From the NCBI GenBank assembly GCA_903813345.2, contig CAIIXF020000001.1:47802001-47866000 (forward strand): DNA of 64,000 nucleotides, given 5' to 3'. The position numbers and the translations under genes were made by a program. This document shows positions 13,468 through 25,367 of the stretch, piece after piece (positions within the stretch are counted from its first letter, which is position 1; each line of letters begins with the position of its first letter). The notes beneath the pieces were generated by a model that was given only the letters and a program-made list of their open reading frames with translations, was not told where the DNA came from and did no database searches. This DNA is from Owenia fusiformis. Its lineage: Eukaryota.

Positions 13468-14753
13468 GAAAAGATATGCAATTGCAAGCAAGATTAGCAC
13501 TGAACAAAAAGACTAATACGTGATAGACAAAAACATTGTAATTAACATAAATATCTCCCGCATCGCTTCAAGTGGGACAAATTTTCATTGGTCCGTTGAT
13601 TAAACCAAATTCTCCCAACCTTAAAACCATGTTTTTGCTCCATTGTCGGGACGATGAAGGTCATATTAATATCAAGTTACGAACTTACAACCCTCACAAT
13701 TGATATTTATATAAGTCAAACATATAGACTATAAACATAAAAGCAAGTCCGTGTTATAGAGACGAGAACTTGTTTATTATTTCATATCGAGTAACGGGTC
13801 TCAGCTTCCGGAAACTAAGTCAGTGACGTCACGGTAAAACATAACATGATTATCGTCAGTTTTGAAAAATATTTGTGAAAACTCTTTGCAGATTGTCATA
13901 AGGACTTATAATTTCTATCGATTGTGCAAATACGTGAAGAGGAATGTCAAATAAAACCAAAATGCTGTGTTCAAAATCGGACCCGTATATGTCAATGGGG
14001 AAAAAAAACAGATGTAAGAAATCTGTTCCCGGCTCTGCAACACGGGAGGTGAAAATATTGTTGTCATTCTGAACTATCGCGTATAAATCCATTGCTTGAA
14101 GATTAAAATATCAAGTTAGAGCCCTGGAAGCCAATACTTCTTGCTATTGAGCTACAGTGTAGACTCTACAGAGCCTTAGAGAGGGCTTATAGATCTAGAC
14201 TATTATTTCATTTGAATCATAGTAAAAACATTCCAGTCTGAAACTTTTGTACTTGCTAAATCAGCCTGTACTATCTGTCTGGCTATGGAATTCAAATGCT
14301 TTACCCTCAGGTTCTGTAACGTCCGATTCGCTATCTCCTCCTCCTGCTGCGTTAGACATTTCAGTAATTCAATTCGATGTCCTAAGTAAAACAAAACTGG
14401 TTAGGGCTACAAAAATTCGGGGAAACATTATAAACCGGAAGAAGATTTATTTACACTGAGCGAAATTCGGCCTAGGTACTGACGCAGAATCCCCGGGATT
14501 ACTTAGGTCCAAAGAGCGCTCTATATTCCGTTCCATATTATGTAAGCTAGAGACTCGAGTTATCCCGAGAAAAATACAATTGACCTAACGGGCTCTTGAC
14601 TGGACGCCTATCCTAACATTACGCACTGAGCAGTCTTGACTAGGGGCCGTGCCAGGCACGGGATTAGTTCAGTCTACGCCTTACTCACTTCGAGAGCCAT
14701 GTTAGATTTTGAAACTTATGGCTCTCAAACGGGGAAATGGCAGCTGAATAATA

Positions 14754-15969
14754 CACCCTTGGTATACGCAGCTAACGAAAATTGACCGGTACGGGTCAAA
14801 AGCTGGACCGGTACGGGTTAACGGTTTTATTTGAATTTAAATAGCCATAACTTGCTCGATATTGACTTCCTCGTGTCTAATTTGAAATATATGATGCCTC
14901 CTGATGCTTTTAAGCATAGATCCCGGCCAGATTCTTTTGTAGTAGGATCAGTAGCTCAATAAGTATTCCTCAAGATGAGACACCTCAGAAAATTTCAAAT
15001 TTTAAAATGACGATTATGGAGCCATTTCCAAAAATATGGGACAAATCATACCTCATTCGAAGCATCTTGTTATTCTTTAACTTTTTTATCATCAATGACC
15101 GTTATTCAAGCAATGCTGCGTTGATAAGAGGCCAAAACAGTGATAATTTATCGCCGGACTCTTGTCTGTCCAAATCTGAATGGTGCTCCCTTGGTTCCAG
15201 AAATGTGACGTCATCATTACAATGATATTTGGACACACAAGAGTCCGGATCTCTTGAAAAATATTCGCCGTATTAAAAGTCAAATAACTGTATCCATAGG
15301 TTATTTACTCGAACCAAAGAAGTAGAAATAGAAAGATGAAGATCTCAGCTATAAAATAAGTGGAAAATCTGTCATGGGGAAGCAGGTACCATTTTATATA
15401 AGGACATTTTTGAAAGGTGGTCATATTTTTTTGAAATTTTCCAATTTAGTGTCGTATCTTGTGAATTATTCTTTGAGCTTATGAGATCCTACTACAAAAC
15501 GATCTGGCCAATATCTGTGCTTTTAAGTACCCCAATTTTTTACAGATTTTTAAACGGACCAAAACTCTCTAAATGCGCATTTATGCTCTTTTCTCTCGAG
15601 AACGACTGTCTCATTTTCACGATAACTTTTATTTAGTACTTTTAACATATATTAAGCTCTATTTTTCCCCATCAAGGTATGATGTAAATGACATGCTATT
15701 TACATCTTGTGAGTTTCAATGACGCGCGTTTGATTTTATAAAAAATGCCAAACTTTGTGATAAAGAATTTCATCAGCTATTGCCCCGAACCGGTCCGTCT
15801 TCTCGCTGCAAGCAGATTGCCCCGAACCGGTCCGTCTTCTCGCTGCAAGCAGGATGAAATTCTTTGTCGAAAAGTTTGGCATTTTTTATAAAATCAAACG
15901 CGAGTCATTGAAACTCACAAGATGTAAATAGCATGTCATTTACATCATACCTTGATGGGGAAAAATAGA
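14754..15969. mobile_element. Foldback-type repeat element, copy 2, interrupted by a hAT-like MITE
   Basis: Same start (cacccttggtatacgcagctaacg) and same 37-bp doublet centre as 8723-9302. Inverted arms at ~15658-15774 and 15853-15969. Confidence 0.8.
14915..15519. mobile_element. hAT-like MITE, 605 bp, 8-bp TSD CTTTTAAG
   Basis: cttttaag|catagatcccggccagattcttttgtagtaggatc ... gatcctactacaaaacgatctggccaatatctgtg|cttttaag. The empty site (one cttttaag) is visible in the sister copy at ~8877-8884. Confidence 0.9.
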
Positions 15970-16660
15970 TCCAAAATGGCCGCCTTAACATTTACCAAGA
16001 ATGCCGAAAAACTAATCAGTTCTAAACTTCCATAGGTAAAAACATCCCTGAGAATTTCAAATGAATCCCTCCAACGGTTTGGCTGGAAACCTGTAGACAA
16101 ACCTTGACAGACAAGATTTTAGGACGGAAAATCCAAAATGGCCGCCTTAACATTTACCCAGAATGCCAAAAACTAATCAGTTCTAAACTTTCATAGGTAG
16201 AAACATCCCTGAGAATTTCAAATGAATCCCTCAAACGGTTTGGCTGGAAACCTGTAGACAAGCCTTGATAGACAAGATTTTAGGACGGAAAATCCAAAAT
16301 GGCCGTCTTAACATTTATCCAGAATGTCGAAAAACTAATCAGTTCTAAACTTTCATAGGTAGAAACATCCCTGAGAATTTCAAATGAATCCCTCAAACGG
16401 TTTGGCTGGAAACCTGTAGACAAGCCTTGACAGACAAGATTTTAGGACAGAAAATCCAAAATGGCCGCCTTAACATTTACCCAGAATGCCGAAAAACTAA
16501 TCAGCTCTAAACTTTCATAGCTTGAAACATCCCTGAGAATTCCAAATGAATCCCTCAAACGGTTTGGCTGGAAACCTGTAGACAATATTATTCGGGACGC
16601 CCGCCCGCCCAACCGCCCGGCAAACTGATTACAATATAGCACCTTAGGGTGCGATAAAAA
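15970..16660 (+). repeat. ~162-bp tandem repeat (3.8 units) ending like a Helentron-associated element
   Basis: Units begin ccaaaatggccg at 15971, 16133, 16294 and 16456. They are followed by a cgcc microsatellite, a hairpin gcacc-ttag-ggtgc (16639-16652) and ataaaaa. A diverged single unit lies at ~10995-11115. Confidence 0.8.
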
Positions 16661-17613
16661 GCAAAAAACTTATAAAAATGAACCTCTCAAAGATTAAGCC
16701 TTAACAACCTGGATCCTACATTTTTAATTACAACGCTCCGTAAAGATGGCTGAACATCAGCATAACATAATTCCAATATTGCATGACCACGTAATAGGCT
16801 ATACTAGCGAAAGAAAAACGTATTGCTAAAATTTCCAGTTTGAAATGTTGATCGCACAAATATCGACAAAGGTTGCCAAGCTTATGGAGGGGAGTGTACT
16901 TTCTGTCGGCCATTCTGAAGTCAAATGCTTAGGCTAGTCCTTAAACATTAAACATTACGAAAATTAAAACTCTTAACATCTTTTCCTTTAATATTAACTA
17001 ACTTCATTCTATATCTAATATATCTATAAATAATAAGTTTTTGGTGTGGTTGAAGTGGTGTTTTTAATGACATTTACGTCTGAAGAGTAAATGGCCTGAT
17101 ATGCTAGCATATACAGTACTTTGAATTGCCTTATCTCAACCAACTTTTCAACTTCAACTCGTTTGGCATTTTAGTCTACATGTTCAGACCAATAGACAAA
17201 TAAACTGAGAACTCGTCACCGATGCACAGACTCTATTTTCAGTCACTACAGTATAGGCTGGCACTATGTAAGTATCTAATTATTGTTCCTAATCAAAATT
17301 GTAAACAATATGTGAAGTATTATAATGACTTTAGTATGAATCTAATCCCAGTGTCTTGTGTGGTTTCGGATTGTGATGATGGTTATTCGATGGCCGGGGG
17401 AAGGAGTTGTAGCCACTGCTTCTTTACATGCGTCAGTTAGTTTGGGATGTTGGGGGTCATTTTTAATAAAAGATATGATTGTTGCTATCCATTTTTTAAC
17501 CACAGTGTTAACTTGTCCACACTTTTTGCTGTGTTTTCTTCCCTTTTTGGCACTTGTGGTTATTTAGGATTGAACCAAAGGATAGAACGAAGGAAGGGCG
17601 ATTACTAGACATA

Positions 17614-18483
17614 CACTCCCCTCCATAAGTTTGGCAACCTTTTTCCCCCATTGAACTACGTGTTAAAGCCTCTTTAACTTTTTTATTTACTTAACCTGCG
17701 ATGAGAATACTTACACTATTGATGGAAACGTAATTTGACTTTATTTCCAATACCTCCAAATTTTCTCAATTTTTTCCTCAATTACAATAGGTCGAAAATT
17801 GATGATAAATTTGATGAAATTTTGAAAATCGACATTCCCATGTTTACCAATGGGAAATGGTTGGTTTGCCGCAAGTTATATGACAGAATATCCATCCATC
17901 CGAGTCCTTGCAAAAATACGAGTTAGGCAGGCAATTGAATTTGCTAAAATTTAACAAAAAATTAATATGTTTCTTCAGGTTCAACAAAGTTATAGGGCTT
18001 TAAAGTCAAAATTGTTTTTCAAAAAACTTCTCCCATTGAAATAACACAGGAGGCGAAAAATTATTTTCAAAAATGACTTTGAAGCGCTGTAACTTTAATA
18101 TTCATCAAATAAACTAAACACTTAGTGTTCAAAAAAGTTAGACAATTCAGTTTTCTATATAGAAATATTTTTTGCTGAATCTTTTACTGAAAAGATATCC
18201 TGATCATGATTTCTGATTTGCCCCGAACCCTCTATTTCCCATTGGATTACATGGGAATGACGATTTTCAAAAATTCATCAAATTTACCATCAATTTTCGA
18301 CCTATTGTAATTGAGGAAAAAATTGAGAAAATTTGGAGGTATTGGAAATAAAGTCAAGTTACGTTTTCATCAATATCATAAGTTATTTTATCGCCGGTTA
18401 AGTAAATAAAAATTCAAACGTAAAGAGGCTTTAACACGTAGTTCAATGGGGGAAAAAGGTTGCCAAACTTATGGAGGGGAGTG
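17614..18483. mobile_element. Tc1/mariner-type foldback MITE, 870 bp, TA TSD, just upstream of ADH copy 1
   Basis: ta|cactcccctccataagtttggcaacctttttccccca ... tgggggaaaaaggttgccaaacttatggaggggagtg|ta. Inverted arms exceed 230 bp. A related solo end lies at ~16868-16898. Confidence 0.9.
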
Positions 18484-18725
18484 TATAGAAGTCACTCTTT
18501 AAATCTAGATGATCAACTATCGGGAGATAGTTTTTTCTACTTTGGAAAGATTTCCGTCATAAAAGAGTTAAAATGTTTTTGTCTTTAAGCGAGAAGTTAC
18601 ATCTACAGGCAAGTCATTAAAGTACCATTGAAGTTAGGGTCACACAAATTAGTGGTGAAATGGATAGAAACCTTGATATATAAAATAATATAGTGTGCAT
18701 TTCATAAATATTTTGCAGGTCTAAG

Positions 18726-19775
18726 ATGATGAGAGCGATATATCTGACACAAGCAGAAGGAAAACTTGAGCTGATGCAGTGTGAAGCTCCTAAAGCTGTT
18801 AAACCAACAGATGTACTCTTGAAGATCCCTTGTGCCGGAATTTGTGGGTCTGACCTCCACTTTATTAAGAATGAGTTCAAGGTCAAAGATAAGGTCATTC
18901 TTGGGCATGAGTTTGCTGGGACAGTGGTCCAAGTTGGCGATGGTGTAACTAATGTCAAAGTTGGAGATCGAGTTGCTTCAAATGTAGGGGGACATTGCCA
19001 CAAGTGCCGCTACTGTCATCGGGGTAAGGCAAACCTATGTCCAACGGGAGGCGTTATGAATGCAAATGGAATCTTTCGGGATGGCGCATGGGCCGACTTT
19101 TGTCTTGTGGAAAGCTCACAGTTGTTCAAGTTGTCAGATGAGATTACGTTTCAAACTGCCTGTTTGATGGAACCGATGTCGTGTATCCTCAACAGTTTCT
19201 CGATCTTAAGCCCTCTGGTCGATTCTGCGTTTATTCTGGTTGCAGGCAGTGGCATCATCGGATTGTTACAAGCGTCTATGTTGCATTACAAAGGATTCCG
19301 TAATATCACAATAACTGAACCAAGTGCGGGTCGTCGAGATATAGCCATTAACCTTAACCTTAGCGGCGTGAAGGTTGCACAGCCAAGTGACATCATTGGC
19401 CAGTTCAAAGATGTGGATACCGCACTCAACGGCTTCGACATGATTATCGACTGCACAGGAAATCCAGAAGCGATAGAGGAATACTACCCATTGCTGAGCC
19501 GCGGCGCAACATATATTGTGTTTGGAATATGCCCCTCGGGATCAAAAACCACAATTGATCCACACGAAATTATCACTAAAGAGACAAAGATCATGGGCAC
19601 TTTTGGAGAGCACAATAACTATATCGATGCCGTGGCACTGGTTCAAAACATGGCTGCCGATGGTAAACTTGATATTGGAAAGTTGGGTGTGAAAATGTAT
19701 CCCTTGGAAAATTACGAAACTGCTCTTGCAGATTTGGAGAGAGGAGTTATCGCCAAAGCCATGTTGACATTATAG
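18726..19775 (+). CDS. Zinc-dependent medium-chain alcohol/polyol dehydrogenase (sorbitol/threonine/arabinitol DH-like), copy 1; 349 aa, intronless CDS
   Basis: Catalytic Zn motifs CGSDLH and LGHEFAG, structural Zn lobe CHKCRYC-x7-C, MEP, Rossmann GSGIIG, acidic TEPS (NAD preference). A splice acceptor ttttgcag lies just before gtctaagATG. Confidence 0.95.
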   Translation: MMRAIYLTQAEGKLELMQCEAPKAVKPTDVLLKIPCAGICGSDLHFIKNEFKVKDKVILGHEFAGTVVQVGDGVTNVKVGDRVASNVGGHCHKCRYCHRGKANLCPTGGVMNANGIFRDGAWADFCLVESSQLFKLSDEITFQTACLMEPMSCILNSFSILSPLVDSAFILVAGSGIIGLLQASMLHYKGFRNITITEPSAGRRDIAINLNLSGVKVAQPSDIIGQFKDVDTALNGFDMIIDCTGNPEAIEEYYPLLSRGATYIVFGICPSGSKTTIDPHEIITKETKIMGTFGEHNNYIDAVALVQNMAADGKLDIGKLGVKMYPLENYETALADLERGVIAKAMLTL

Positions 19776-20270
19776 TTCTTATATGACATTATGAAGGAAC
19801 AAATACCTAGCTACACGTATTCTCTGTATTGCCTGTTATGCCGAGTAGATCAAATTTAAAAAGTAATCGAATAAAAATCTTAAATCAAAGGATTGAATTC
19901 CAAGGACTCAATGAATTAATTGTCAATGCTCATCCATCATGTCGATGATTATTTGCAAAAATAGAACTGTTTGTGCACCGCTGTTATTTGGGGCGGTCCC
20001 TGTAATCCTTTTTTCAATTTCAATTTTATTTATTATACCATCACCCAAATAAAGGGTATTAGGCAAGTTATGAAAAAATATGAAAAATAGAAACATAATG
20101 TACAAGGCCTAACTTTTGTATATTTCAGATAGTTATGTTTAATGTGCAGCAAAGCTGTGGCCTTTTGTAATTTAGGAAGTTTCAACCATGTTAAATTTTT
20201 CGAAAATAATACGGCAGAGAAACTTCATGGCACAGGATCAAAGTACAAAGAACGCGTTCACTTGTACATA

Positions 20271-23200
20271 TCAATTGAAGGTAACTGCCGTCACCGTATT
20301 CAAAATGGCGGACGAAAATTGTCGATTTCGAAATTTTTAGTTTTCATCGAATTAAACCACTTTAGATTTGACACAATGCTTTGATATTTCAACTAGATCA
20401 GGATTATATAACGCGGAACATCCGGAGTGTGATAATTTGTTCACATATCGTGCGTAGGCGCCACAATCAAGCGATTTCTTTCACCGCTAAGGGTAGGTTA
20501 CTGGGATTTGGGTTTTGTGGTGATGCGGTATAACGTTATGAAAGTTTATAATGGAGAAATAAGATGTCCTAGTTCAGAAAGCAAATCATGCTTTACAGTG
20601 ATGGTTCACATTATCTTATTCCCAAAATCAATTACTCATCAACATCGTTATTTCAATTCATTCCCACATAACTAGGCAAAGGTAAAAGGTGTTTCCGATT
20701 ATAACCAATACGAACACAGTATTTCATATACTGTAGCTGCAACTCATTATATAAACAATCACCGCATCCAAGGTCATTCTTTGAATGGTTGTCAAGGAAG
20801 AAAATAGTGTGCAATTTGAGACTCGTGCTTTTGAAAAGCGACCTTCTCGGTCATTCCACATTGCTCTGAGTCCAGGGATTAATTCCTTTAATTGAAGACA
20901 CGCACTTGTTTCAGCATACAATTGGCTCAAATCGAATTTTACACTCCCATTTAAAAGAGTTGACACCCCATAGTCAATTCAGACGATATTTTAAATATTG
21001 ATGTATCTTGCCATTTTAATAGTGCATGTACCTTTTTCTGAAACATTCCTCCGGTTAATTTTGACTCTAAATTGAAATAGCTATGGGAGAATAATATGGG
21101 ATAAGTGGCGTGACAATATATTCATTCAATGATAGAATACCTGTTAAATAGTAATGGTATTATTGTACAATAGCCAGAGCAATATCAGGTACTGTATATA
21201 ACAGCATTACGGCAAGGGATAATTATGTATTTTGGTTCAGATTTGATATCTGGATGTCATCCCACGATTAATTTGATATATATACAAACAGCTAGTAGAT
21301 ATTATTGATATCCGTGTGATATTTTTCAGAAACCGTTTATCTGCAACCGTATATCCGTGTGATAAACAAATCCGAATTACGCACAAGATAATGTTGGGAA
21401 CACAGGTCAGATAATCTATTCTGTTGAACGTGAAACAGTTAAGGTTCTAGTATAGATCGCTTGAGAAATGTGAGGAGAGCATATAGCAAACTGATTCTCA
21501 TCGTGGTGTAAACCCTATATCAGATCATTTCTCCCGATATCATTTTATTGCATCGTAGATATCAAATGTCAGCACTCACTCGCTTCGCTCACTGAACTCA
21601 TCGATAAAATTATATAAGTCAAAATAATTTGATATTTTGTACATATGTAATTGTAAATCAGAAGATTTTATCCCATGATACTACTGCTTCCCGGTGAATA
21701 ATACCCGGGAATGGAACCCCCGGGAATATATTTTATATTGGAAAAATCGCATTGTTCCGCCCAATTCTACTAACGATACAAAGTTAGAAATAGAGAGATT
21801 TTGAAACGTAAGAGAGTTATGAATAACATGGGATGAAAGAACATATTTTCGATGAAACTTTTTGCAAGGGTCAAATTGTCAAAGCATCAATTTCACTGAG
21901 GTATTTTTTAAATGCGATTTGCGATATTTTGTAAAGTTCATTCTTGATCCTAGGAAGGAGAACAGCCAGATATGACGCAGGCATCGCTTGTTTACAGATT
22001 GTTTCCAATGATGAATAACTGTGTAAAAGCAAATGTAGTTGCGTCTAACTCTAACCATATTGGTTTCATTGAGATCGCCTCTGTATCGTTTTCATCCAAA
22101 TGCTATAACCTTTTTCATTCTTTAGTTCATCTTCCAATATTCTCTGATATGCTTTCACTTTAAAAACGTTCGATGTTTACTATTGGAAATTGCCGATGCA
22201 TCGATGTGCGATTATGACACATCGCGACAAAACTATCTTTAACATGACTTTCCAAGGTGTGGTCAAGCAAAATAGCTACAATTGTCTTCCTTGTTGTTCT
22301 ACAAAACGTGCACATTAGCAGTGAATCTTTTTGGCCCGAAACGAGAGCAATATTACAGACTTGATACAGTTACCGCATCATCTTGAAAACCAACAAGACC
22401 GTTTCCGTATCATACATTTCCAGTAACCTTCCCTTAAGCGGTGGAGGATATCGTTGAAATGTGGCACCCATGCACGACATATGTACAAATGATCATACTC
22501 CAGAGTTTCCAAGTCATACAAGCCTGATTTTGTTCAAATATAAAAGCATTATGTCAAATATAAAGATACGACGTCAGATACTGTACATCGCGGCATTTTA
22601 CTGCATTTTTACATGCGTACTTACTTTTAAAACCGCAATATCTCGTAAGCAAAATCATATTTTTCTACAATTTTTCGTCATCAGTTGAACACGTATGTCC
22701 ATGAAATATTTTGCCTATCAGAATTCCAAATAACTGATTTGGGACTTTTTAAATGAGAATCACGCAAGCCGTACTATGCGACTTTCTATGCTAAAACCGG
22801 GTGTCGACTGTAACATTTTGAAGAAAAGTGATTTTAATTTTAAACGAAAAATGAAGATAACTTTTTCATTTCCCAACGGATCTTTCTCAAATTTTCACAA
22901 TATTTAAATTCACCATTTTGGAAAAGACAAACAGATTCTGTGTGATGACGTCATAATATAACAATGCTAACTTAACGCTTATATTTATGCAAAAAAAGTG
23001 TCGACAGGCAGAATTTCGTACCAACAAGATATATATTTCGATCAATTAAACATTAAATCGCTTGAAAGGTGAAATATTCTTTTTTGATTCCCGAAAGGCA
23101 TATCATATTCTATATTTTTATCAAAAAACTATATCATTTCGATTAAAATTCAGTCTGTAAGAAGTATAAATTGAAAGAAATATGAAGTGAAGCCATGTGA

Positions 23201-23992
23201 AAAATTCACAAAATTACGTTTCATTTTTTGAGTTCAAATATTTCTAATTAAGGGATAAACATTCAAAACTTTCCAATGTTTCAACATGTTCTTTTAAATA
23301 TACCCCTTACTACATACAATTGATTTCATTAAATTTGAACCAGTATATATTGAGATAGACATCGTTTTATCACCGCAACCCCAAGTGAAGCCTTTACAAA
23401 ATAAGACGTTACGCCGTTAGCGTATTATATGTTCTCCTTTATTATTCATTGCTTTAAATAAATAAAACTAAATATTCGAGTTAAAATAAATTACAAATAA
23501 TACATTTAACAATCCTTAATATCTTCCCGTCTGTGTTTATCAGTTGAATATGACAAGGGGCATTGTGAAAGAGTCTAGAAAGACGGTGCGACAACGAGAG
23601 CGCAGGGCCGAAAAGCGCGACAAAGAAGAAAACGGGTAGGGTTTGAAATGTCTACTTTCTGGTGATTCTAATTCTGCATATCGTGACACAACCTTTTTGA
23701 ATATAGAATTGTATTGAAGCGCACATTAATCTGAACAAAACTTGAAGTTTTTAAGAAGATTCCACGAATATTAAAACGTTTGCAATTACTTGGAGGAGCA
23801 TTGCGCATATTTATCGCGTAAATCTTTGCATTTTGTCGGTAAAATGAACAATTACACTGTTACGCCGTGATGTACAGTATCTGACGTCGAATCAAAGTGG
23901 TTTAATTCTATGAATACTAAAAATCTCGAAATCGACAATTTTCGCCCGTCATCTTGAATGCGAAGGTGACGGCAGTTACCTTCGCTTGATAT
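20271..23992. mobile_element. Large composite element bounded by ~100-bp diverged inverted repeats, lying between the two ADH genes
   Basis: 20271-20373 (gaaggtaactgccgtcacc...cgaaaattgtcgatttcga...gaattaaaccacttt) is the reverse complement of 23887-23992. An inner inverted pair cgacgtcagatactgtacatc / gatgtacagtatctgacgtcg sits at 22569 and 23889. No TSD or ORF identified. Confidence 0.55.
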
Positions 23993-24536
23993 CCACCAGT
24001 GGCGTTGCGTTGCTTTTCTTTTAGACAGAGATTAAGAGAATCGAAGTAAGGAACTTTTTAAACGTATACATTCATAAAATCTATTTCAGAAATGTATTTG
24101 CATTAAAAGTTGGGCATAGTTCATAATGATGTGTTAACAAAGCTGCAGCTGAAGTATGAATACTAGGGTAGTGTACACAATGACCTAATAAATTACCCTT
24201 GTTTACCAGTCTTTCATTTGACTCAGTGGAGGTTATCTCAACATATTACACCTTCAATACATGAACCGACCTTTACCGTCAGAAATATAAGAATAACCTT
24301 TCGGTGAATAAACAGACTTTAAGACGACACTATGTAAGTATTTTAACTATTGTTCGTCTTCGAAACTAAACAATATTTATAATATAAAAATATCATTCAG
24401 CACTATGTCGTCTTGATAAATTTCAAATTGAAATTTGACACGAAGCTTGGACCAAAATTTGGCCTACTTGCAATCAAGACATGTACACACAGACGTATGA
24501 TCTATTAACCCGTCTTGATAAGGATTTTTTTAGAGA

Positions 24537-24680
24537 TTATAAGTTATTGAATGATTTGAAGTGCAATACAGGATATATTCTGTTCGAGAAATTTTTTCTA
24601 TGGAACGAGACGAACAATACAGAATATCGAGACAGAATATAACATATCCTGTATTGCACTTCAAATCATTCTATAACGTT
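24537..24680. repeat. Hairpin-forming dispersed repeat; second copy at ~38077-38225
   Basis: tataagttattgaatgatttgaagtgcaatacaggatat ... atatcctgtattgcacttcaaatcattc is present at both sites. Confidence 0.75.
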
Positions 24681-25367
24681 ATAACGTTAACGTTTTTATC
24701 GTGTGATCTTGGGCCAATACATTTTACTTAGGCGATAATCTCTAGGAAATATTCTGTATTCTCTGTATTGCTCCTGAGAATTGCTCCTTTAAAGATGCAT
24801 TATACCATAGGTTTCTCGCCCAGACAATCAATGATATGTCTTGTGATTGCTTATATAATATCTGACATACCATGGATATATCTTGAGAATAACTTATGGG
24901 TATATTATTGCCGAAATATTGAAATAATCAACAAACAACCAACCTCCAGAATTAAACTCAATCGATTCCTCAGCTAGCGAGAGGAATCCCCGTTGAGTCA
25001 CACAAGCGCCCAAACGCGCCTTGAACCAAGCAGCCAATCAGGGTCATGATAAACAAATTCAACGATCAATCATACAACCGGGGGATTTTCCCGGTATATT
25101 TAAACTTCAGATTGAATTAATTTCCGTGGAAATAATTAGATCGGTCAGCACAATCGCAAAATTAACACTGAAAACGGGGGATTTGAGACTTCTTTTTTGG
25201 TAAGTAGATGGGTGAATATGTGGTAAAGCTCAATATGCAAAAAGGTCCTATGGTATAGAGCCTCTTTAACATTCGGGACCGCTTTACCCTAATACATAGA
25301 CAGTACAAGAAATCCCTCTGATGCTAAAGGGTCACCTTACAGTGTATTCATATTTTGCAGGTCTAAG

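Noticed and set aside
18617..19003. Antisense ORFs overlapping the ADH genes (also 25337-25600) and the cyclase exon (4156-4539, 5835-6158)
   Set aside because: Shadow ORFs of real coding sequence on the opposite strand.
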